Assembly (NCBI GenBank): GCA_010356995.1
Contig: ML996695.1
Span: forward strand, 505,061-569,060
Origin: Trichodelitschia bisporula
Taxonomy: Eukaryota
Direction of reading: 5' to 3'
DNA length: 64,000 nt
Shown: positions 11,188-21,070 of the stretch, in pieces
How the letters are laid out: every line of letters begins with the position of its first letter
How positions within the stretch are numbered: the stretch's first letter is position 1
Program-made: the position numbers and the translations under genes
Notes under the pieces: generated by a model
What the model saw: the letters and a program-made list of their open reading frames with translations, nothing else
Told to the model about the DNA's origin: nothing
The model's database searches: none

Positions 11188-11268
11188 CTGAATTCTGCCA
11201 TCTACGACAAGGAGCTTCTAACCGTAGTTCGTGCATTCGAATACTGGCGCCCGAGGCTCACGGGGACG
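11188..11268 (+). mobile_element. Ty3/gypsy RNase H fragment (relic)
   Basis: Translates as LNSAIYDKELLTVVRAFEYWRPRLTG, matching the gypsy RNase H motif NY.IYDKELLAIV.AF..WR..L.G. Only ~27 codons, no flanking pol sequence. Confidence 0.8.
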
Positions 11269-11382
11269 ACGGACACAGACGCGTTGGGCTTCTTTCACCA
11301 GTTGCCTGTTGCCAAACAAGATCGACATAAGTTGAGGGTGGAAAGTGTGGGAAACAACATGCCAAGGTGTCCTGCGAGCAAA

Positions 11383-11589
11383 GCGGATTTTGAATATGGC
11401 TTTTTGCCAGATGATCGTCCAGAGGGCTCAAGTTCCAGATAAGCCACCGCAGGCAAGAATCATGATGCCCGGCACCCATGGGATTTTGCAACTCCCCACC
11501 CTTCGCCCAACGGTTTATGGACAACGATCCTCCGGCCGCATCAATTATACATTCAGGCGTATGTGGATGACATCGTCATACACTCGTAA
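11383..11589 (+). mobile_element. Ty3/gypsy-like reverse transcriptase fragment (frameshifted relic)
   Basis: Pieces ADFEYGF / PMGFCNSPPFAQRFMD / ILRPHQLYIQAYVDDIVIHS* correspond to RT motifs (DL..GF.Q, MPFGL.NAP..FQR.M, YVDD), broken by frameshifts and a stop. Confidence 0.8.
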
Positions 11590-11716
11590 AAGCGTCTTGT
11601 TCAAACACACGTACGGCACTGCGGTAAGACCCTGTTACACATCCCTCCTTCATTTTCTCATCAAGACCCATACAGGTTGACCATATTTGTATCCGCATGC
11701 CATTCCACATTTATCA

Positions 11717-11830
11717 GAACTCTTTCTCTGCGCATTTACCTTCGCATTCATAGGAGACATGCCGCAGCGGCAAGCGAACTCAGGATTCCTCTCACAGAAC
11801 GCCAGGCACGGATGCCGCAGCTGCGCCGCC
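11717..11830 (+). mobile_element. DNA transposase fragment (Plavaka/CACTA-like)
   Basis: ELFLCAFTFAFIGDMPQRQANSGFLSQNARHGCRSC resembles the GDxP..N.G....A...CR.C motif of fungal Plavaka/EnSpm-like transposases. Recognised from memory of the motif. Confidence 0.5.
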
Positions 11831-12140
11831 GATGCCAACGAGCGCAGTGGCCTCAAATTCGACGTCTCGGCCCAGGGCAACTTCCATTTCGACGTTTGGC
11901 GATGCGGGCGCGCATGGACAGCCTACCATCTAAGGCGCATTGGAAGAAGTACCACAGGGCCAACTGACTCCATTTGATCAAATCTCATTACTCAGGGAAT
12001 AGTATGCGATGAATCTCACTGCCGTCCGTTACGACTGCCGGGCCGGAGTACCGCCCGTGAGCGGTGATGATGCCGCGTCTCACTTAGTGCCCTGGTCGAT
12101 CTGTCCTGATATGTTGATTGCTTTCTTCGGTGAAAATATG

Positions 12141-12250
12141 GCATTTATGTCATTCAGACTATTCGCCTAGGAACTGGATCATGCAATCTGCGACAAGGAA
12201 CTCCTTGCCATTGTCAGGGCATTCGAGACGTGGAAGCCAGAGCTCTTTGG
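12141..12250 (+). mobile_element. Second Ty3/gypsy RNase H fragment (relic with stop)
   Basis: AFMSFRLFA*ELDHAICDKELLAIVRAFETWKPELFG matches AF.S.KL..AE.NY.I.DKELLAIV.AF..W...L.G. Confidence 0.8.
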
Positions 12251-12330
12251 TCAAGCAAACGCAGCTACACCCCTCACGAACACCCGGATCAGTTGTGCAT
12301 CTGCCACTTTCTGCTCCCGAACCCTTCCCT

Positions 12331-12417
12331 CACTTCGTCCTCGGGAGTATCGCTGGCGCGTTCGGCACTTTCATGGTCTATCCCATCGACCTTTTGAAAA
12401 TGCGGACGCAAAATCAG
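12331..12417 (+). pseudogene. 29-codon fragment of a mitochondrial aspartate/glutamate carrier (Agc1/aralar-like)
   Basis: [29 protein letters not shown] is the first carrier repeat with the PxDxxKxR signature, as in Agc1-type carriers ([29 protein letters not shown]). The rest of the gene is absent. Confidence 0.75.
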
Positions 12418-14656
12418 ACACTCATGGGGCCCCAAGTGGAAAACTACAACGCTAGGCAAGCTAGATTCGGAGCCCTTCAAGTACTACATCATTGGACACC
12501 GCAGATATGCCTTCTCCTGGCTCCCGTGGGCTCACAAGACGGGGCTGCAAGGGATCTCGCCGCGTCTCAAAGAGTCATGGCATTCGAAGACTCAGAAGGT
12601 GGTGCTTGAGCTACTCACGCGGATGCCAGGCAGATACACGCTCCGGCACACTCTGTGGTTTGCTAACCTTTTCACGACTGAGCATCTGAGCGACGTGTTC
12701 GCAAATAGCATAGAGCGATAGATTAGACAATGATGATAATGCCTGCCATAGTGGTCCGGAAGTCAGCCTGCCATGGTCAAATTGTGTCTGTCAAGTTCTG
12801 CCTTGTGAGGCGCCAAAGATGCCCCAAACTCAAAATCTTGGTGTTCATGAAAGAATGGTGTTGACCCGATGTTAAATACTTGACGGACCAAGCACGTCAA
12901 AACCAAAATCCGCGGCCTCACACCGAGGACATAGTAGCCAACCCATATCCATCAACTGCATTCCCCACCCACAACCAATGTCGAACCGAGTCCTCAGTTA
13001 CAAGCACCGACCACGCCGTCAACCCCCGTTCGCTTTGCCGTAAAGCCCATCCGCACTCACCCACTCCGGATGTTAATATCAGTCGAGTATTCAAGATAGG
13101 GACAGTGAGGAGGATGAATCCGCCAAGCGCCTCCACGTCCAACACACGGCAGACGCAAGGCGCAAGTAAACGTCAGCGTCAACATCAACGTCACTGCCCG
13201 GCAATGACGTTTCCCTGCGCCCATCACTGGAGACTCGAACCTTCAAACACGTCAAGCAGCAGTGGCCGGCGGAGTCCAACGCCGATCAGGGTCGGAATGC
13301 CGATCAATGCAAGTCTCTACCGGCTATGCACAGCGAATGCGGGCACGGCGTGCAAAATTCCCCGGCTCCAATTGGCTTCCTTTCGAACTCCGGACTTGTT
13401 CCCGCACTCACTCTCTGCATTGCGGTCTCGCGAAAATAGGTGATATGCCGTGATACCACAGTATGCATACGACAGACTTACAACGTACAATCAAGCCGGT
13501 GGCTACGGCCGCCTCGCCCCCGCGCGCCAGCAGCTCACAGGGTCGATCTCGGACCCGCGGCTCCAGAATGCAAGAACTGGCATGACGGGCAGCCCACTTA
13601 TGCAAGAAATAGGCCGATCACTGCTCCCAAACTTGATAAGGTAAACCGATACCCCACAGCCGCGTCATGGCACGTGATTCCACACCAGCAGCACGGGCAG
13701 CGCCACACCCGACGTCCCGCCGTCACAACGGCGATGAACGGCGCATCTGCCAAGCATCCTGCGGGGGGCCCTGGCGGGGAACTCCGATGGAGGGGTGTTT
13801 GCTGCTAGGTTAAGGCCGTATGCTTCGCGGCGATAAGGGAGTCGGTGAAGAGACGCGTTACGCAGGCGCGCTCTCAGGTGGGTTTATCGGGCGACGTGGA
13901 TGCGAGGAACGCGTGTAAATTGTACCTGTGGAATGCGGGCTGGTGCATTGTGCGAGGGACGGAAGCCACGTGCGTGGCACAGTGTGGGTGCCACGGGAGT
14001 GGAATTTGGGTATATGGCCGAGATGGTGTATAGTGGGATTTGAGATTTGTTCTTTGAGACGGTGGAAGGTGTGGTAAGCGCGGAGATCTTTGTTTCACGG
14101 TGACATGTTTGCGGTATGTCACTGCGTGTCACTGGTGGGGGAGTGGCGATGCCGGTGGCATGCACGATATAACGAGCACACGAGCGGTTGTTGCTGAGGC
14201 GCTGGCATGACTGTACGGTACGCGGTATGGTCCGATATCACGGCTCGGACAGCCGTTAGGGGCTTAGCTATGCTTGATGGATTGCGCGGTGGAGTCTGCG
14301 GAAAAGGGCCAAGGGCCGGTTAAAATATTGGTGCCGTAGTACCTCGGCGTGCTTGTAGGTAGACGGGGGCGGTAAGGACCTTTCCGACTGTTGGTTGAGA
14401 GATCTAGAACGCTGTGTCTGATTTTTCTTTCTGGGGAGTGCATGTAGCCGAGGTAGGGGTGTGGGAATCCTTGACGATGCGTATTTGATATTGGCAAGAG
14501 TGCTTGTGGAGGCGGTGGGCTAGGGTTGGTACGCCCTATCAAAATGCCCTATCACACTGATAAGTGCGCTGGTGAACATGTTCGCAGTGGTGTTACGATA
14601 GCAGAAAAATGTCACTGAGGAGCGGGCCTTGCGTCTGCGGGGACGGCCGTCCCTCT

Positions 14657-14724
14657 GCGAGCTGCAATCATGTCGCAATCGCATGTCGCGAGCTGCAATC
14701 ATGTCGCAATCGCATGTCGCGAGC
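14657..14724. repeat. 31-bp tandem duplication
   Basis: GCGAGCTGCAATCATGTCGCAATCGCATGTC repeated twice, plus a partial copy. Confidence 0.95.
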
Positions 14725-16812
14725 CGCCCGTTTGATACAGGGCGTACTCTGGTACCACGGCTCTACCAGAGCAAACTCGAAGTCGCAACCCAATGCTACG
14801 TACCCAGTGTCCTTGATGTATCATTCCTCGACACACGTGTACGTCGAATTCCCCGCCCGTCGTACCCATACACCCCAATATGGCCTCCGACTTCATTCCC
14901 CAGTCACTAGAAAAGTACCGTGAAGCTGTCCACCCTACAGTCGCACGGCGAGCATCACGCGACAACTTACCCCTTCTAGCCCTCATGCCCTTCTCCATAT
15001 CTGCAAACCCATGCGCTTGCGGCGCCCAAGCACGCAAGCGCTCAGGCGCACCATCTTGGCGAGCGCGCGCCTGGGGTGAAGCTAGCATCGCCATCCGAAA
15101 GCGGGAATGCAGCACGCGAGCACTCTCCCCTTCACTTTACCTCCATCTCCCGTTCCCGTCCCCGAGCCGCCACTCTATCTGCACCGCACCCGACACCCGA
15201 GACACGCCGTCCCCGTCTCCCCATGTCAGCGACGTCCCTACGGCGTCGGGACGCAACTGCGCTGCGGGACGTGGAGTGAAGTCAGCGGCACCGCACAAGG
15301 CTTGCTCGCCCCGCGCAGTGCTTAGCGGCCGGCCCAGCGGCGCTGGCGGCGCGGCAGGGGCGGGGGGGGGGGTGCGCGATCTGGCCAGCGGGAGGGGGGA
15401 GGGCGCACACGTTGTGTTTTTGGCGGGTTTGATTGGGTGGGGAGTGGGCGACAGGGGACGGCATCGAAGCTTTCAGCCTCCCTGCGGCGGGCGCGCCGTG
15501 GAGATCCGGCGGGGCTGGGCTGACGTGGGTGGGGTCGGGAGTGGATGTGGGTTTGGAGGACGGGCGGGGAGGAGGACATTGAGCGCGTGTTGCGCTTGGG
15601 ACGTTTGTCTGGTTGTTTCTTGGAGGTGGTGAGGGGGTGAGGATTCGGGAGGGGGATGTCATTGTGGGAATGGTAAAGCGAGGCGAGGCTGGTGAGTGAC
15701 ATCGCGTGGGTTTTTTGCGGGAGATAGTGATCATGACTTTGAGTTATACGAATTCCATTCTGCTTCCTTTTGGGGCCCGGGAGATGTGTCTGGTTGATAT
15801 GAAGATGGGGATACATGTGTACTGTAGTACTTGTGTCCATTGGGTCTTACCGTGGCCCCAGGACCCCCAGATCCCCGGCGGCGAGGAAGCGAAGCGACCA
15901 TCACTGGAGAAAGTCCAACCAAATCCTGATACACTCGCTTATGCTCACCTCGTTGGATACTTGAAATATAGACGGCGAGGAAGAAGTGGAGGAAGAGTAG
16001 GGGCGGGAAAGAACAGGGACTAGGGATCGGTAAGTGCGTGGTATACCGCCATTGATAGTCAGTCCATAATCTGCTTTGCCGTCCACCCGTGGTAGCGACT
16101 GCGGTGACAACGACAAGACACTACTGTCTGCAAGTGTGGAGACGGCCGGCGAACACTGAGAAAAATCTCGGCCAGTCTCTCTCAATAATATCTTAAAAAC
16201 CCCGAAGTCCTTCTTGAGCTTCCAGGGACCAGCTGATAGGGTCTTCAACCCCTCCGCGTCGCTTCGTCTCTTCCACCTTCAACTCCTCCACGCCGTTAAA
16301 ACCCTCCACATCACATCCACAACCTCCCAAAAAAGAGCCGAGCCATCCGAACGAGCACTCAGTCTTCCTCTCCACACTGCACGTTTCTGCAAAATATCTC
16401 ATCTCACCGGACGCCAACTACGCCAAAAAGACGCCCATTGCTTCTTCAGCGCCTCCAAAGGCTTACTCCACGCCTGCTTGTCTCCACCACACGTCCCACA
16501 CGTCCCATAATCCCATCAGCCACCACATCAGCATCAGGCCTTTACCCGCATCATCCCCCCGCACACCAGCGCCCCCACCACTTCTCCCTCAGCCATTCGC
16601 AGCGTCCCTGCGCGCAACGTGCCAGCCTTGCACCGCCAAACCACTCCCCCGTTCCTCCCCCCCTGTGCACCATCCCGCTGCCGATCGCCGAGCAGGGCCG
16701 CGTAGGTAGCTCCCCGGCGCGCGTGCGCTTGACATCACACAGCCGGGCGGAGCTATAAGGCCGCGGGCATAGCTCCCCTCCCTCTTTCTCGCAGAACCAC
16801 ACATCCGTCACC

Positions 16813-18940
16813 ATGGACGTCTCGGGACATGATGGGCCTCATGGCCCCACGGCTGAGAAGACCCTCCATGGCGATGCTCACAGCCCGCATACCGACCCCA
16901 CCATGCATCAGAATGAGAAGGATGTGTTCCGCGATATCCTCAAGCCGGACGATATCTACGATAACAACGGCGTGTACTGGGCTGACTTGCCTGTCAAGGA
17001 CCGCGTGGGCTTTTGCATGCGGACGCAGAATGCCGAAGCGGCGAAGGAGTTGAGGTCAATTGGCCGTATGATTAAGGAGGACCCGTTGAGTCCAGTGAGC
17101 TACTACATGAAGAACATGGTGCTGCCTGGTGCGGGCCTGCTTCTCGAGGGGTGAGTAACTGTCCACGTTTATGCGGAAACAGCCTCTAACGGACTAGATA
17201 TGTGCTCTTCTCCATCGGCAACGTACGCCCGCTCCTCCAGGCCGCCTTCCCGCAGTGCTGGTCCAAGTTCGCCATCTGCGACGAGACATGGACGCAAGCC
17301 ATCGACTACCTCGAGATCTGCGGTATCATCGTCGGTGCGTACCCCTTTCCTCGCTTCCCGTTACACGACTAACATCCCACAGGCCAGATCCTCGTCGGTA
17401 TCATCGGAGACTGGATCGGACGTCGCTGGGGTCTGATCCAGGACGCAGCCATCATGTTCGGCGGTCTGATCATGCTGACCGCTGCGTGGGGTGTAACGCA
17501 GAACGGCTGGGTCATCTGCTACGTCTGGGCGCTGTTCTTCTACGGCATCGGCGTGGGCGGCGAGTACCCTATGACCGCGACATCGGGCATGGAAAACGCC
17601 GTCGGCAGCGGCAAGGTCTCGACCAAAGACGACCGCAATCACCGCGGCCGCAAGGTCACTTCTGCCTTCCTCATGCAAGGCTGGGGCCAGTTCCTCAACC
17701 AGGTCCTGCTGATTCTGCTCCTGCTCATCTTCCACCACGGCTCTGGGAACGCGCCTTACTCCAAGGTGGCCGCTCAGTGGACCTACCGTGTGTCGTTTGC
17801 TGTCCCGGCTGTTGGCACGCTCTGGCTCGTCTACTACCGTATCTACAAAATGAAGTCTGCAAGCAAGCAGCTGCAGCTGGCGAAGAAGAAGGCCCGCGTC
17901 ACGGGCTACGACAAGGTCTCGCTGAAGCTGACATTTACCTACTTCGGCCCGCGCGTGTTCGCGACCGCGGGCGCGTGGTACGCCAACGATGTCTTCTTCT
18001 ACGGCAACAAGCTGTTCCAGAACCAGTTCATCGCCGTCCTGACCCCCGGGAACAAGTCCGTGATGGTCGGGTGGCTGTACAACCTGATCAACGTCGGCGT
18101 GTCGCTGGTCGGGTACTACATGGCGTCGTTCCTGATCGACAACAAGCTCTGTACGTCCCCCTCTTCCCCCCCTATCTTCAAGCCGCATCGACTAACACCC
18201 CGCCCTCAGATGGCCGCAAATGGATGATGATAGTCGGCTTCATGTGCGACTTCATCCTCTTCGTCATCCCCGCCTTCCACTACCACTACTACACCGAGCC
18301 CATGCACATCCACGCCTTCCAAGCCATGTACTTCCTCTCCTCCTTCTTCAACCAATTCGGCCCCAACAGCGTCACCTTCCTGGTGGCAGCTGAAGTCTTC
18401 CCCACGCCCATCCGCGCCACCGCGCACGGCTTCTCCGCCGCCGTGGGTAAACTTGGCGCCCTCACCGCCGCCGTGCTGTACAACTACATCAGCACTCAAA
18501 TGAAGTTCTACGTGGTGCCCTGGTTTGGCCTCGGCGGCGCGCTCATCACGTGGCTCTTCCTCCCCGATACCACCGGGCTGGATCTGAAGGAGCAGGAGCG
18601 ACGGTGGCAATTCATCCGCGAGGGCCGCGAGAGCGAGTACCACGGCATCGCGATCCACCCCCAGCATCTGAGCGTGTGGGAGCGCTGGCGCGGCGTGGGG
18701 AAGCACTACGACCCCGCGGCGGATTATGCGCAGAAGGTGGCGGAGATGAGGGGAGAGTGGGAGGCGTGGAGGGCGCGGCGGGCGGAGGAGGATGTCCTGG
18801 GTTATCCGCATGATGATGTGGAGGAGGAGTGGGAGGAACATGTTGCGGCGTATTTTGCGAGGACGGGGAAGGAGCCGCTTAAGAAGGGGGGGTTGGGTGA
18901 GAAGGTGGGGGGGAGTGGGGAGAGTGGGGATAGTTTGTAG
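16813..18940 (+). CDS. MFS inorganic phosphate:H+ symporter (Pho84-like), 4 exons
   Basis: Introns at about 17151-17198, 17335-17382 and 18151-18209. Motifs GAGLLLEGY, GDWIGRRWG, GIGVGGEYP, AFLMQGWGQ, NDVFFYGNKLF and NQFGPNSVTFLVAAEVFPTPIRATAHGFSAAVGKLGA. Confidence 0.85.
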
Positions 18941-19697
18941 AGGGGGTGGGTGCTGGGGATAGGGTTTGGGGGGGGGGTTATACCAGGCTTGAATTAGGTT
19001 ATCTGGGACTGAGGGAGGTTATTGCAATGAAGTTATGCCGTTTGATGAGGTATACCGTACGTGGCATAAGTGACACATGGTATGGGTCGCCGGTGGTCTG
19101 CTTGTGGTGTACTACGGTACGTGCCGCAGTAGGTGGCTCTTGATCGGGTCGATCGTTCGGGGGGATTCAGGCTACTTCGTGTTCTAAGGCGAAGAGTGTC
19201 AATTCTGAAGAACTCTTAAGCATGATCTCAGCAAAGCTTGTGCATTGCGCATCCGTGATGGCGGAGTGAATCCAGACTGTCCCGCATCTTCATAAATCCG
19301 TGGTGGACTTGAGATATGCTTATTCCACAGCCCTAAAAGGCCCCGTGAAGTGCACAAGACTCGTCATGTCTACCAGGTTGCCTTGATATCCGATCGCGAG
19401 GGAACAAGGTGATGTTACGCTCCTCTGGGTCTCAATCAACTCGGCACGGTCTGATCAAGGAGCAAGGCAACCTCACTCACGAGGTCCGGCTACGCTTTAC
19501 TGATAGCACCGTTAGTGGAGGGGAGTGAAATCCGCTGTCTTTTTAACTCAATGATGCCGGGACGCCAGGTATGCCTTCACCGCCGTTCATAAACGCCCAC
19601 ATCCTAAGAGAGCGCACCTAATCCTACAAGCCTCACATCTCCATCCCCAATCTCATTTGTGATCCTCTTTCCCTCTTCAATGGCCCCCGCTCCCGCC

Positions 19698-19998
19698 CTA
19701 TGTATTCGCATCAATCTCCGCCCACATCGCCTCCCGCGCCTTCTTCGCCTCAAACGCCTTCTCGCGATTCTCCCGCGTGCGCTCCAGCCTCTCGCCCCGT
19801 AAGCAGCGGTTCACAGCCGTCTTGACCGCGTTGCACCCGCCCACGGCGCGGAAGAGGAAGCCCCGCGCGTGGCACTCGTCGAGGGCCGTCATGACGGCTT
19901 CGCAGCCTGTGGGAGAGGGGTTAGCGGGGTCTGGGGGGGGGTTTATGGGGGGGCGGCAACGGACCGCGGTTGTCTTTTGTGTGAAGGAGGGGATGCAT
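19698..19998 (-). CDS. CMC2: COX assembly mitochondrial twin-CX9C protein (Cmc1/Cmc2 family), 2 exons
   Basis: MHPLLHTKDNR, intron 19907-19964, then GCEAVMTALDECHARGFLFRAVGGCNAVKTAVNRCL. Two CX9C motifs. Confidence 0.88.
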
Positions 19999-20200
19999 TG
20001 TGGTGTTGCTGGTGTTGGGGAGGTGGTTTTGGGGGGTTGGCGGAGGTGAAGTGCGGAGGTGCGGTGGAGTGATGGGGCGGAATTTGGTGAGGCTGCAAGG
20101 TTGCGTCAGGCAGCAATTGGCTGGATCGTGACGGCATGTGGACGTCGCGGGGAGCGGTCCATCTTCTTCACTTTGGTATTTGCTCAAAATCAAGGTCAAG

Positions 20201-20774
20201 ATGGCGCAGCAAAGGTTAACGGCTCAGCGGCAAAATGGTTCGTATTATCTCTGTCCATTTTTTACTTTTGATTCTTCGGTTGCTCTGGACGCGGGGTGCT
20301 GATATCATCCAGAGCTGCAACTGCAGTACCAAAACTACAAGCAAACCCTACAAACGCTTGCGCAGAAGATAGGCGATGTCGAGCAGGAGACAGAAGAGCA
20401 CAAGTTCGCCCCCCCCCCATCCTCATCCCTCTCCCCTCCCCTCCTTCCCACCCCCGCTAACCCCCCAGACTCGTCCTCGAAACCCTCGCCCCGCTCCCCG
20501 GCGCGCGAAAATGCTTCCGCATGATCAACGGTGTGCTAGTCGAGCGGACAGTGCAGGATGTAGTCCCCGCCTTGAAGACGAACAGTGAGGGCCTGCGGAA
20601 GGTGCTCGATGAGTTGTTGGTGCAGTATAAGAGCAAGCAGGAGGAGATGGAGAAGTGGAAGGTGAGTTGCGTTCTCAGCTATCTTGTTGCCTGTTGCTCG
20701 AGATGTGGGCTGTGATTGTGAATGGAACTGATAATGAGCAGAAGAAGAACAATATCCAGGTGGTGCAACAGTAG
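20201..20774 (+). CDS. GIM4: Prefoldin subunit 2 (Gim4), 4 exons
   Basis: Spliced product MAQQRLTAQRQ..LQLQYQNYKQTLQTLAQKIGDVEQETEEHKLVLETLAPLPGARKCFRMINGVLVERTVQDVVPALKTN..WKKKNNIQVVQQ*. Confidence 0.9.
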
Positions 20775-21070
20775 GATGGGAGGGGAAGGGGACGGTTGGC
20801 GGAGGAGGACGAGTGAGAGCTGGGCGGATGCCGGCCGCGCAGTCTACTACTTGACCGTGAACTCTGCGCGCTGAGCTACCTTTGAAATGCTTTGAGGACA
20901 TGATATGATACAAGAGTTGCCTATGGCCATCTCCAAACGGAACACAAGCAAAGACCAACACCAATTACTTACTACGAAAACAGCTACTCAGTCCCACCCG
21001 CACAAATGCATCTTCCGCTTTCACACCCCAATGCAACCCATGATCCTAATATATACAAGCCCACATCCAA

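Noticed and set aside
14880..15840. Overlapping 150-250 aa ORFs upstream of the phosphate transporter
   Set aside because: Low-complexity GC-rich frames on both strands with no motifs; treated as non-coding.
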